This document shows positions 8,693 to 17,708 of a DNA stretch of 64,000 nucleotides, piece by piece. Numbering within the stretch: the stretch's first letter is position 1; every line of letters begins with the position of its first letter. The stretch lies in the NCBI GenBank assembly GCA_047600485.1, contig JASGKS010000001.1, positions 6,592,259 through 6,656,258 on the forward strand. Reading direction: 5' to 3'. Source of the stretch: Archangium sp. GTDB taxonomy: Bacteria > Myxococcota > Myxococcia > Myxococcales > Myxococcaceae. A program made the position numbers and the translations under genes. Under the pieces are notes generated by a model. It searched no databases. It was not told the DNA's origin and saw nothing but the letters and a program-made list of their open reading frames with translations.

Positions 8693-9807
8693 GACACACC
8701 TCGCTTCAACGTGCCGCGCGGCTCGAGCTTCTCGGCGCCGACGCGTTGCAGTGACTGATGCAGCGTCGCGAGCAACGTCTTCTCGAGCACGGCGCGCTCC
8801 ACTCCAAGTTCCAACATGCGCTGCGTGGCTTCGTCGGGCGTGCCCGCATGAAGGCCCGCGAGCACCAATCGGCCGGTGTGTGCGGCGCGAACGGCGAGCT
8901 GCGCTTCGGCCGCGGTGCGGATTTCACCGACCGCGAGCACGTCGAGGTCCTGTCGCAGCGCCGCGACGAGCGCGCTCTCGGCGGTGAGGCCACGCTCGGG
9001 GCAGAGCTCGACCTGCGCGACGGGAATACCGGCGACGCGCAGGCGCTGCTCGACCGGGTCTTCGAGGCTCAGGTGCGCTCCACCGCGCTGCTTCGCGACG
9101 TGCGCGAGCGCGGCGTAGAGCGTGGTCGTCTTGCCGGCTCCGGAAGCGCCCGCGACGAGAATCAGGCCGTGCTTCGCGTCGAGCGCTTCACGCATTCCTT
9201 CGAGGACGGCGGTGTCGAAGCCCAGTTGCTCGAGCGTGAGAAGTTTGCCGAAGAGCCGCAGCGCGCCGCGCTCGCCGAGCGCCGTCGGGAGGAACGCGGT
9301 GCGGACGTCGGCGGCCACTCCGTCGCGTTGAATGCGGCCTTCTTGCGCGAGGTCGCGACGGTACGGGAGACAGCCGCTGACCTGCTTGAGCGCGGCGAGG
9401 AGCCGCTCGCCCGCAGCGCGCGGCAAAGTGGTGAAGGGCACGAGTTCACCGAAGCGGCGCAGGGAGACGGTGACGGTGTCGCGTGCGTCCGATTCGACGT
9501 GGACGTCGGATGCGCCGCTGCGCGAGGCCATGTCGATGAGCGAACGCACCGCGCGCACGGGAGACCAGGCGCCTGCGAGGTAGCGCGCGAAGGCGGCGCC
9601 GTCATCGGTGAGCACTCCGGTCGCGGGCGGCGGTGAGAGCGCAGCACGCGTGAGTTCAGCTGCGTCGCGCTGCAGTGCGTGACGCGCGCCGTTCTGGGTC
9701 AGCATCGCGCTGCCGTCGAGCGCGCTCACGTCATCGAAAGGAACGAATTCCTTCGCGAGGAAACGCGTGCGGACGACCAGACCTTCGACGTTGGTCGATG
9801 AGTTCAT
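8689..9807 (-). CDS. GspE/PilB-family secretion ATPase (short form, lacking the long N-terminal domain)
   Basis: Walker A GASGAGKTTTLYAAL, Asp box, Walker B DVLAVGEIR and His box LAGLHAG. At 372 aa it has only the C-terminal ATPase core. Confidence 0.9.
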   Translation of the reverse strand: MNSSTNVEGLVVRTRFLAKEFVPFDDVSALDGSAMLTQNGARHALQRDAAELTRAALSPPPATGVLTDDGAAFARYLAGAWSPVRAVRSLIDMASRSGASDVHVESDARDTVTVSLRRFGELVPFTTLPRAAGERLLAALKQVSGCLPYRRDLAQEGRIQRDGVAADVRTAFLPTALGERGALRLFGKLLTLEQLGFDTAVLEGMREALDAKHGLILVAGASGAGKTTTLYAALAHVAKQRGGAHLSLEDPVEQRLRVAGIPVAQVELCPERGLTAESALVAALRQDLDVLAVGEIRTAAEAQLAVRAAHTGRLVLAGLHAGTPDEATQRMLELGVERAVLEKTLLATLHQSLQRVGAEKLEPRGTLKRGVS

Positions 9808-9827
9808 GAGTGCCTCGAGAGAAAGAT

Positions 9828-10023
9828 CCCCTCTCCCTGTGAAACGGGGAGAGGGTCAGGGTGAGGGGCGGAGTCGAGCATCGCGGGCAGAGGACGGATC
9901 AGCCCCTCACCCCAGCCCTCTCCACGCGTCGCAAGGAGAGGGAGAGCGGCAGTCGTGCACGGAGTCAGAGGACGCATCAGCCCCTCACCCCAGCCCTCTC
10001 CCCGCTTCGCAAGGAGAGGGAGG
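9828..10023. repeat. Cluster of three palindromic repeat copies (one forward, two reverse, with ~78-bp tandem duplication)
   Basis: cccctctccctgtgaaacggggagagggtcagggtgagggg, then 2x cccctcaccccagccctctcc...aaggagaggga. It sits inside the operon between the ATPase and the GspF-like genes. Confidence 0.8.
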
Positions 10024-10851
10024 TCATGGGTCGATGGCCTTCAAGTACGTCGAGTAGAACGCCGCCGCGCTCGCGAGCAGCGAGATGGCCCCGAGCAACA
10101 AGCCGAACGCGCTCAGGCGCGCCGCGTCGCGACGAACTTCGTGCGGCAAGGTCGTCGCCTGCAACGCCGAGAACGCTTCGAGTGTGGTGATGCCCGCTCC
10201 CGCAGTGACGGTGGTCGCCAACAATCGCGACGTCAGCGCTCCGAGCAGCGGACTCACTGCCTCGGGCTGAACTGCTCCCGCTTCGAGGCCCTGTGCGAGT
10301 GAGAGCGCAGCGCTCTTCCCACGTGCGCTGCACACTTCGGCGCTCGCGCGCGCCGCCGCAGGGAGCGCGACGCCAGCTCGCACCAGCGCCACCGTGGCCG
10401 ACGAGAAAATCCACGCGTCGAGCGACTGCCACGCGGTGAGCACTCCGAGTGACCAGCGCTCACGCACCGCGACGGCGAGCACGAGGAAGAGCACCACCGA
10501 GACCGCCAGCGGCACGAAGAAGAACGAGACGGACACGATGTCGCCGCTCGGCAGCGAGCGCAGCGCAGGCGCGGTGAACAACGCGATGACCGCCGACGCG
10601 AGCGTCACCAACACCAGCGTCGTCGCAGGCCACACCAGCGCGGTGTTGAGCCGCGTGCGGTGCTCACGCGCCGTGCGGTCGAAGGCCATCATCGACTCGA
10701 GCACTGCGCGCGCGTCGGACGGCTTCGATGCGATGACGGCGCGCGCGAGGGAGAGGTCGACCTCTGCGTGCTGCATCACGCTTTCGGCGGGTTCTAAACG
10801 GCCGAGCGCGGCGAGCGCGGCGTCCAACCGTTTTGCTCGAGCGAGACTCAT
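10024..10851 (-). CDS. GspF/PilC-like polytopic membrane protein (single T2SSF-like domain)
   Basis: Soluble N-terminal region then 3-4 TM helices. Assigned from operon context and topology similar to TadB/C-like single-domain platform proteins. Confidence 0.55.
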   Translation of the reverse strand: MSLARAKRLDAALAALGRLEPAESVMQHAEVDLSLARAVIASKPSDARAVLESMMAFDRTAREHRTRLNTALVWPATTLVLVTLASAVIALFTAPALRSLPSGDIVSVSFFFVPLAVSVVLFLVLAVAVRERWSLGVLTAWQSLDAWIFSSATVALVRAGVALPAAARASAEVCSARGKSAALSLAQGLEAGAVQPEAVSPLLGALTSRLLATTVTAGAGITTLEAFSALQATTLPHEVRRDAARLSAFGLLLGAISLLASAAAFYSTYLKAIDP

Positions 10852-10891
10852 GCGACCTCCGTAGTTTCACCCTCACCCCGACCGTTGGCGC

Positions 10892-11677
10892 TCACATGGC
10901 CCCCATCGGAAGCTGCGCGAGCGTGGCGTAGACCGCCGCCAACATCCCCAGCGCGTTGAGCGTCAGCACCGACAGACTCACCACTCGCGCCGTCACCACG
11001 AAGCGCTGCAGCTTCACCTCCGCCGCCGCGATGCACCGCGCGCGCACGACGTCGAGGTCGACCGCGTCGAGCGAACCGTCTCCGAGCCACTTCTGCTTCG
11101 AGAAGAAAGCCAGCCGCACGTCATCGGGCGCGCCGCTCTCGAGCAACGCCGCTCCGAGCGCGGCCTGCTTCGCGCGTTCCAACTCACGACCCCAGCCCGG
11201 CAACCTGCGCCAGCCGAGCGCGCCGGCGGCGAGCCACGCGAAGAGCGGAATGGTCAACACCAGGAACACCGTCGCCAGCGAATCGGCGAGCCCGAGGTAC
11301 GGAAGCTCGCGGTCCTTCGCCATCTCGAAGAACACCGGCAGCACCTTGTTTCGCAGCGCCGTGCCGACGAACAACTGCACCGCGGCGATGAAGAACACGT
11401 ACGCGCCGGTCTGCGCCACGTGCAGCCCCGACGCGAAGCCACCGGGAATTTCCTCGAGCCGCCGTAGCGTCGGCGCGAGCACTTTGGGCCAGCGCTCGGT
11501 GACGTCGACGACCTCATTGCTCACGCGCAGCGACGTGAGCACCTCGCGCACCTTCCCGCTCTGCGCCGCCGAGTGCAGAAACCCGATGCCCTTCACGTCG
11601 CTCAGCCCGTCCGCCAACGGCAACCCGCGCTCGAGGGAATCGGCAATCAACACCGTCGCAGCATCGTTGGGCGTCAC
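10892..11677 (-). CDS. GspF/PilC-like polytopic membrane protein (single T2SSF-like domain)
   Basis: Topology and context. The start overlaps the upstream stop (ATGA). Confidence 0.5.
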   Translation of the reverse strand: MTPNDAATVLIADSLERGLPLADGLSDVKGIGFLHSAAQSGKVREVLTSLRVSNEVVDVTERWPKVLAPTLRRLEEIPGGFASGLHVAQTGAYVFFIAAVQLFVGTALRNKVLPVFFEMAKDRELPYLGLADSLATVFLVLTIPLFAWLAAGALGWRRLPGWGRELERAKQAALGAALLESGAPDDVRLAFFSKQKWLGDGSLDAVDLDVVRARCIAAAEVKLQRFVVTARVVSLSVLTLNALGMLAAVYATLAQLPMGAM

Positions 11678-12510
11678 TTGACGTTCCCCGCGATGGAGAA
11701 GATCGGCAGGTACAGCGCAATCAGCACCACGCCGACGCTCAGCACTCCGGCCGCGGCGAGCGCGAGCGACGCGAACACGCGATACGTCTCCACGCGTCGA
11801 CGGCCTTCGAGCATCAACCGCGCCGCGAGGTTCGCGGTGACGACCGGCGTCTCGGCAGGCGCGTGGCGCTTCGACAACGCGACGAGCAAGCCGCGCTCCG
11901 CTTCTCCGAGCTTGAAGGTGCGCAGGCGTTCGAGCGGAGCAGCCTGCGTCGCCGCTCCGAAGAGACCGCGCGCCGCTTCGAGACTTCCGGCGCCGTACAC
12001 CGGCACCCGCAGGCGCGAGAAGAGCAGCACCGCGAAAATCGCGAGCGGGATTCCGATGATGCGCATCACCGACGCGAGCTCGTAGAGCAGCTGCGTCGGC
12101 ATCGGGAGCGTGCCGGCAAGCTGCGCGAGGGCCTGACCGTTGCCGGCGAACAAACCCACCAGCGCGAGCAACACGAACGGCCCGGCGAGCCCGACCTGCA
12201 ACACGCGACGACCGGCGATACGGGCTTGCTCCAGCTCGAGCGACGCCTCGAACGAGCGCGCGAGGTGCTCGGCGCGCTTCACGTCGTCGTCGCGCGACGC
12301 GAGCACGCGCACGAAGTCGTCGGTCACTTCGGCGGTGGTCGGTGCCTGCAACAGCAGCGCGGCCTCTTTGCAGCCCGCACGCGCCGCGCCTTCAGGGAGC
12401 GCATCGACGAGCCGATTCACGGCGTCGAGCGAGCTGATTCCCGAGCGGCGCAGCGCGATGAACTGTTGCAGGACGAGGGCGCGCGCTTCAGCGTCGGTGG
12501 GAGCGCTCAC
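11674..12510 (-). CDS. GspF/PilC-like platform protein
   Basis: The C-terminal LYLPIFSIAGNV matches the conserved GspF/PilC C-terminal motif (PIF..G), and the TM topology fits. Confidence 0.7.
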   Translation of the reverse strand: MSAPTDAEARALVLQQFIALRRSGISSLDAVNRLVDALPEGAARAGCKEAALLLQAPTTAEVTDDFVRVLASRDDDVKRAEHLARSFEASLELEQARIAGRRVLQVGLAGPFVLLALVGLFAGNGQALAQLAGTLPMPTQLLYELASVMRIIGIPLAIFAVLLFSRLRVPVYGAGSLEAARGLFGAATQAAPLERLRTFKLGEAERGLLVALSKRHAPAETPVVTANLAARLMLEGRRRVETYRVFASLALAAAGVLSVGVVLIALYLPIFSIAGNVK

Positions 12511-12938
12511 TCCAACGCCTCACGAATGGTGAGCGCTCCGGTGCGGCCGTCCCAGCGGTAGTCAGACGTGACGCCGTCGCCGTCGAGGTCACCTTCCGCG
12601 ATGGCGGTGAAGCTGCCGTCCTTCACTTCGACCGAGTAGCGGAAGCGCACCTCGCCCTGCGGAGCGACACCGAGCGATTTCCAACAGTCGGACACCGCGA
12701 ACGGCGTCGCCTTCTTCGGCACCTCGCCCGTCGCGGGGCACGCGAGGAAGGCGCCCGTGTCGCGCCAGTGTCGGAGTTCCTGATGCGCGATGGCCGCGAG
12801 AATGGCGTGCGCTTCGTCCGCACGCGCGCGGCGAATCAGCGCTTCACCGGTGGGCACCGTGATGGAGACGACGATGCCCATCACTGCGAGCACGAACGCC
12901 AGCTCGGCGATCGTGAAACCGCGGGCGCTACGACGCAT
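12507..12938 (-). CDS. Major (pseudo)pilin, type IV pilin-like
   Basis: MRRSARG|FTIAELAFVLAVMGIVV: prepilin peptidase site, Glu+5 and a hydrophobic alpha1 helix. 143 aa, first gene of the operon. Confidence 0.8.
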   Translation of the reverse strand: MRRSARGFTIAELAFVLAVMGIVVSITVPTGEALIRRARADEAHAILAAIAHQELRHWRDTGAFLACPATGEVPKKATPFAVSDCWKSLGVAPQGEVRFRYSVEVKDGSFTAIAEGDLDGDGVTSDYRWDGRTGALTIREALE

Positions 12939-12960
12939 GAGTGTTCCCCTCCGAGCAAAC

Positions 12961-13001
12961 CCCCTCTCCCGCGAGGGAGAGGGTTGGGGTGAGGGTGGAC
13001 C
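12961..13001. repeat. Palindromic repeat element copy
   Basis: cccctctcccgcgagggagagggttggggtgagggtggacc, in the 5' UTR/promoter region of the pilin operon. Confidence 0.8.
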
Positions 13002-13020
13002 ATTTCGGTCCGTTTTGCAC

Positions 13021-14790
13021 TCAGCGACGGCGTCGCATCAGTCCGAGCAACATCAGCAACGGGAACGCGAGCGTCACTTCAGACGTGCAGCCGCAGCCGC
13101 TGGTGCCCTTGAGCCCACCACCGCCACCGCCACCGCCGGTGATTCCACCGCCGCCGGTGATGCCTGAGCCGCCGCCAGCTGCCGAGCCGCCACCCGTTCC
13201 GCTTCCGCCACCCGAGCCCGCGTCAGAGCCGCTACCGCCGCCGGTCGCCGAGCCACCGCCGGTCGCGCCACCGCCACCACCAGTCGCGCCGCCGCCACCG
13301 CCCATGCCCGCGTCCTGGCGAGGAGGACGTCCGCCGCCACCGCCGGTCGCGCCGCCACCGCCGCCAGTCGTGCCGCCGCCACCGCCAGTCGCACCGCCGC
13401 CACCGCCGGTCGCACCGCCGCCACCGCCGGTCGCTCCACCGCCACCGCCCGTCGCACCGCCGCCACCGCCCGTCGCACCGCCGCCACCGCCGGTCGCTCC
13501 GCCGCCGCCGCCCATGGGGCCGACGCCCGCGTCCCAGCTCACGTTGATGTTCAGCGAACCGACCGTCACGCACTCACCGCCGACCACCAGCGAATCGGTC
13601 GAGAAGTTCCACTCGCGGAAGGTCACGTTGCTCAGCGAGCCGACGTACTGACCGGCGAGCTCATCTTGCGTGACGGAGGTGACGGTCACGCTGCCCGACT
13701 GCGCGAGGAAGCGCTTCTGGCAGGTCATCGTGTTGCAGCGCCGCCGCATCATTGGGCACACCTCGCAGCTCGCGAAGTCGGTGGTGGCGTCGAACATCAC
13801 CGTGGTCGGCAGCATCAGCCCGAAGCCGAGGTAGGTCTCGACGGTGAGGAAATCCATCCCACCGTCGGCGGTCGCCGGAGGCTGCGTGTAGAAGTCGACG
13901 AACCCGAACTCGTCGATCGAGTCGTAACCCGCCGACGCGTTGGTGGTCGGCCAGCTCGCGAGCATCAAGCACGACGCGTCCATGCCCGAGCCCGCGTCGA
14001 CACCCGAGCCCGCATCGACACCCGAGTCAGGACGGCCCGCGTCGACGCCCGAGTCGGGGCGGCCCGCGTCCGTCACTCCGGCGTCGGAGCCCGTGCCGCC
14101 GTCGCTGCCGCTGCAGTTGTTGCGCGTGCTGCCGGCGTTGCGCGGGTTCGCTGAAATCACCGTGAAGTCGTTCGAGTTGTTGTCGGTCTCGGTGCAGCCA
14201 TTGCCGTTGCGCACTTCGACCGCCGCTGCGTTCAGCGCCGCCGCCGCGACCGCTTCGCTGCAGTTCGCGGTGCCGTAGCCGATGAAGTCGACGATGTTCG
14301 CTCCGGTGGGGCACGCGCCGCTCAGACCGGTGGAGTTGTTCACCAGCGCGACCTTCCCGTTGATGGCCGACATCGCGATGTTGTCGACCACGTCAGGCGT
14401 GACGGGCAACGCCGCGCCCATGCCGGTCGTCGTCTGCTCAGCGACGAGGAGATACTGGCCGGGCTGAATGGTGACGTTGGGCAGCGTGGTCGGGTTCCAC
14501 GAGGTGCCGGTCGCTCCGGCGTACTGCACCGACCAGCCGTTGACGTTGACCGCCACGCTGCCGCGGTTGAAGAGCTCGATGTAGTCGGTGTTCCAGATGG
14601 CCGTGCCGTTGCCGCCGCCGCCGTAGACCTGGCTGATGACGATGCCGCTCGAGAGCGCGTCGCGGCGGTTGATGACGTCGGCGTTGCCGCGCTTGCGACC
14701 CCACGGCTGCTCTTCGCCACCGCACGCGAAGTAGAGAATCGAGGCGACGGCTGCGACAGCGACGAGGCGAAGCGAACGGGAGTTCTTCAT
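13021..14790 (-). CDS. Secreted lipoprotein with lamin-tail domain (LTD), Gly-rich repeats and MYXO-CTERM sorting signal
   Basis: Signal/lipobox (ILYFAC), LTD signature (VISQVYGGGGNGTAIWNTDYIELFN...NGWSVQY), DAGRPDSGV repeats and (GGGGGAT)n repeats. It ends GCGCTSEVTLAFPLLMLLGLMRRRR, i.e. MYXO-CTERM-like. Confidence 0.8.
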   Translation of the reverse strand: MKNSRSLRLVAVAAVASILYFACGGEEQPWGRKRGNADVINRRDALSSGIVISQVYGGGGNGTAIWNTDYIELFNRGSVAVNVNGWSVQYAGATGTSWNPTTLPNVTIQPGQYLLVAEQTTTGMGAALPVTPDVVDNIAMSAINGKVALVNNSTGLSGACPTGANIVDFIGYGTANCSEAVAAAALNAAAVEVRNGNGCTETDNNSNDFTVISANPRNAGSTRNNCSGSDGGTGSDAGVTDAGRPDSGVDAGRPDSGVDAGSGVDAGSGMDASCLMLASWPTTNASAGYDSIDEFGFVDFYTQPPATADGGMDFLTVETYLGFGLMLPTTVMFDATTDFASCEVCPMMRRRCNTMTCQKRFLAQSGSVTVTSVTQDELAGQYVGSLSNVTFREWNFSTDSLVVGGECVTVGSLNINVSWDAGVGPMGGGGGATGGGGGATGGGGGATGGGGGATGGGGGATGGGGGATGGGGGTTGGGGGATGGGGGRPPRQDAGMGGGGGATGGGGGATGGGSATGGGSGSDAGSGGGSGTGGGSAAGGGSGITGGGGITGGGGGGGGLKGTSGCGCTSEVTLAFPLLMLLGLMRRRR

Positions 14791-14867
14791 GCGGGCGGCG
14801 TGCTTGTCACACGTGCGCATGGCTGATCAATCCCACGCGCGAAAAGCCCCGCGTTCGACGAAAACTC

Positions 14868-15989
14868 TCAGGCGCCGAGAACCTGCTTGGCCCGCGCGTA
14901 GTACGCGTCGCGGCTCGCCTTGCCGTTGTACCCACCGTTCACGCGCAACGTGATGGCGTCGAAGTTCCGCGCGTCGGCGTACGAGTTCAGGTTGCGGCTG
15001 TTCCAGAACCACTGGGCGATGCGGAAGCCGACTTCGGGAGTGGCAGCCAGCTCGGGGTGATTCACCAGGTCCACTCCGAGCGCGCGCGACGCGGCGGTGT
15101 AGTTGCTGCGGCCAGTGAGCTGAATCGGCCCGCGGCCCTTGTAGCGAACGCCATCGCCCGGCTGCGTGTTGCCCAAGTCGCGACGGCCTTCGTACGCGGC
15201 GCCCGACGCAATCTCTTCGAAGTACCGCAGCTGACCCGACTCGTGCGCGAGCTGCGCGAGGAACGCGGCCTGACGCAGCGGCGTGTTGATGCCGCCCTCG
15301 GCCATCGCGGCGTTCAAGTACGGCAGGTAGCGGTTGGCGTCAGCGGCCGAGAGGTTCGGCATGATGGCGCGCAGCTGCGCGGCGCTGATGCCACCGGTGG
15401 TCGGCCCGGGAACCGGACCCGTCGGCGTCACCGGAGTCGGCGCCGGCGTGCTCGAGCCACCCGGCAGGCGGAGCACCTGACCGGCGTAGATCATGTTCGG
15501 GTTGCTGATGCCGTTGAGCGACGCGAGCGCCGAGACCGTCGTGCCGTAGCGCGACGCGATGCCGGAGAGCGTGTCGCCCGAGCGCACGCGGTACGTCCCG
15601 CCACCACTCGTCGCCGGCGGAGCCGACGGCGCCGGCCCACCGCTGCCCGCGACGTTCAGGCGCTGGCCGACGTAGATGAGGTTCGGGTTGCGGATGCCGT
15701 TGCGCGCGGCGAGCGCGGAGACCGTGGTGCCGAAGCGCGAGGCAATCGACGAGAGCGTGTCGCCGCTGCGCACCGTGTACGACTGCGAGCCGCTGCTGCT
15801 GCTGCCGTTGTTCTGCGGCGCGGGCGCGGGCGTGCTCGAGAAACCGTCTGGCACCTGCAGCGATTGCCCGGCGTAGATGACGTTCGGGTTGCTGATGTGG
15901 TTCGTCTGCGCGAGCGCGGCGACCGACGTGTGGTACCGCGCGGCGATGCTGCTGAGGGTGTCACCGGAACGAATCGTGTACGTGCCCAT
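14868..15989 (-). CDS. Peptidoglycan hydrolase: 3x LysM + glycoside hydrolase family 19 (lysozyme/chitinase-like) domain
   Basis: Three YTVRSGDTLSSIA...IYAGQ LysM repeats, then GH19 signatures AAFLAQLAHESGQLRYFEE and IAQWFWN. Confidence 0.85.
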   Translation of the reverse strand: MGTYTIRSGDTLSSIAARYHTSVAALAQTNHISNPNVIYAGQSLQVPDGFSSTPAPAPQNNGSSSSGSQSYTVRSGDTLSSIASRFGTTVSALAARNGIRNPNLIYVGQRLNVAGSGGPAPSAPPATSGGGTYRVRSGDTLSGIASRYGTTVSALASLNGISNPNMIYAGQVLRLPGGSSTPAPTPVTPTGPVPGPTTGGISAAQLRAIMPNLSAADANRYLPYLNAAMAEGGINTPLRQAAFLAQLAHESGQLRYFEEIASGAAYEGRRDLGNTQPGDGVRYKGRGPIQLTGRSNYTAASRALGVDLVNHPELAATPEVGFRIAQWFWNSRNLNSYADARNFDAITLRVNGGYNGKASRDAYYARAKQVLGA

Positions 15990-16090
15990 GACCGGAGTTG
16001 TCCGCCCGGCCGCACGCCACGACTTTCGCGCGAACTGTCAAAGCAGCAGACAGATCAGCCGCATTTCCACCGCCCATTTCCGAGCGAATT

Positions 16091-17707
16091 TCAGGGCGGT
16101 GCGCCCGACAGAATCCACGCGCGCACGGTGTCGAGCTCCGCGGTGGTGAGGCCGCCGCCGGCCTTCGGCATCTGCGAGCCGAAGCACATGCCGCTGCCGG
16201 TGAGCTTGTTGAGCAGGTAGCTGTTGCTCAAGTCGTTGGGCACCACGCGCTTGCGGTTGGTGCACTGGCCCGAGGTGACGTTCACCAGGTTGGCGTAGCC
16301 CGTCGTCGCCGACGAGAGGTTGAGGCCTTCCGCCGGTCGAGCGCCACCATGACAACCGGAACCCGAGCACGAGTTCCGCACCCAGATGGGGTTCACGTCG
16401 GTCGCGTACGAACGCGGCGTGACGGCGCAGGTGCCCGAGGCGCTGCAGCTCGAGCCGCCGGGGCACGCGCCGCAGCTGCCACCACAACCGTCGCTGCCGC
16501 ACTGCTTGCCGCTGCAGCTCGGACTGCACCCGCACGTTCCTGCCGCGGAGCAACTTTGACCCGACATGCAGGTGCCGCACGAACCTCCGCAGCCGTCGTC
16601 GCCGCACACCTTCCCGACGCACGACGGCGTGCAGCCACACGCGCCCGCCGTGCTGCAGGTCAGCCCGCCCGCGCACGTTCCACACGAGCCTCCGCAACCA
16701 TCGGGCCCGCACGCCTTGCCCGCGCAGTCGGGCACGCACGCGCACGCGCCGGCGCCATTGCAGACCAGCGGCGCAGTGCAGGTTCCGCAGGAACCACCGC
16801 AGCCATCGTCACCACAGGTGCGGCCGGTGCAGCTGGGCGTGCAGGTCGCTCCGCAGCGCCCCGTCTGCGAGTTGCACGTCAGCATTCCCGCGCAGCTGCC
16901 GCACGAGCCGCCGCACCCATCGGGGCCGCACTGCCGCCCGGTGCAGCTGGGCGTGCACACGCACGCGCCGCTCGCATTGCACGTCTGTGGCGCTGCGCAC
17001 GCGCCGCAACTTCCGCCGCACCCGTCGGGCCCGCACGTCTTCCCCGAGCACGCGGGCAAGCACACGCACTGCCCGCTCGCACCACACACCCCGCTGGAAC
17101 AGACGCCGCAGCTTCCCCCGCACCCGTCGGCACCGCAGCTGCGCCCTGAACACTGCGCGGTGCACACGCACTGCCCGGTCGCGTTGCAGCTCGTGGTGCT
17201 GGCGCAGGTGCCGCAGGTGCCTCCGCAGCCGTCGCTGCCGCACGCACGACCCAGACAATCGGGCGTGCACGAGGTCGACGGCTGGCATTGGCCCGCGGCG
17301 GTGCAGTTGTCGCCGGGAGCGCACGCGCCGCAGCTGCCTCCACAGCCGTCGTCACCGCACGCACGGCCACTGCACGCCGCCACGCAGCTCGAGCTCGCGA
17401 GCGTCGTGAGGTGCGCGTCGAGCAGCGACTTCTCGCAGGCCTGCAGGCCGCCCGGAGGCATGGTGCCGTCGTCGAACACGCGCACGCGAATGCGCGACAT
17501 CCAGCGGCGCACGTCGGCGTCGGTGTCAAAGTCGACGCCGTCGGTGGCGCCCGCACGCGCCGCTCCGGTGACTTTGACCGAGTGACAGGTCAAACAGTTG
17601 CGGGTGATGACCTCGCGGCCATCGGCTGAGGGGCACGCGGTGCTCACGACCTGACCGGGACACCCCGAGAGGAGTGCCGCGGCCAGAAGGGCGGTGAGCG
17701 CGCGCAC
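16091..17707 (-). CDS. Lipoprotein with N- and C-terminal PSCyt1-like (CxxCH) modules flanking nine tandem 8-Cys repeats
   Basis: LLSGC lipobox and NCLTCH. Nine repeats of C-x-G-[KR]-x-CG-x-DGCGG[ST]CG-x-C...C..G.C.C.P[SD]. C-terminal SGCHGG...MPKAGGGLTTAELDTVRAWILSGAP. The ORF starts at 17752; an internal start near 17707 is preferred to avoid overlap. Confidence 0.7.
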   Translation of the reverse strand: MRALTALLAAALLSGCPGQVVSTACPSADGREVITRNCLTCHSVKVTGAARAGATDGVDFDTDADVRRWMSRIRVRVFDDGTMPPGGLQACEKSLLDAHLTTLASSSCVAACSGRACGDDGCGGSCGACAPGDNCTAAGQCQPSTSCTPDCLGRACGSDGCGGTCGTCASTTSCNATGQCVCTAQCSGRSCGADGCGGSCGVCSSGVCGASGQCVCLPACSGKTCGPDGCGGSCGACAAPQTCNASGACVCTPSCTGRQCGPDGCGGSCGSCAGMLTCNSQTGRCGATCTPSCTGRTCGDDGCGGSCGTCTAPLVCNGAGACACVPDCAGKACGPDGCGGSCGTCAGGLTCSTAGACGCTPSCVGKVCGDDGCGGSCGTCMSGQSCSAAGTCGCSPSCSGKQCGSDGCGGSCGACPGGSSCSASGTCAVTPRSYATDVNPIWVRNSCSGSGCHGGARPAEGLNLSSATTGYANLVNVTSGQCTNRKRVVPNDLSNSYLLNKLTGSGMCFGSQMPKAGGGLTTAELDTVRAWILSGAPP

Positions 17708-17708
17708 G

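Noticed and set aside
13080-13500. Highly repetitive G/C-rich DNA that might be mistaken for a CRISPR-like or VNTR array.
   Set aside because: The repeats are in frame and encode (GGGGGAT)n of the LTD protein, with no unique spacers. It is a coding Gly-rich repeat.
16091-17707. The CxxCH motif read as proof of a functional c-type cytochrome.
   Set aside because: A single canonical CxxCH inside a PSCyt-like module is suggestive, but it is not sufficient on its own. The second site is a non-canonical Cx4CH. I annotated the protein as cytochrome-c-like only.
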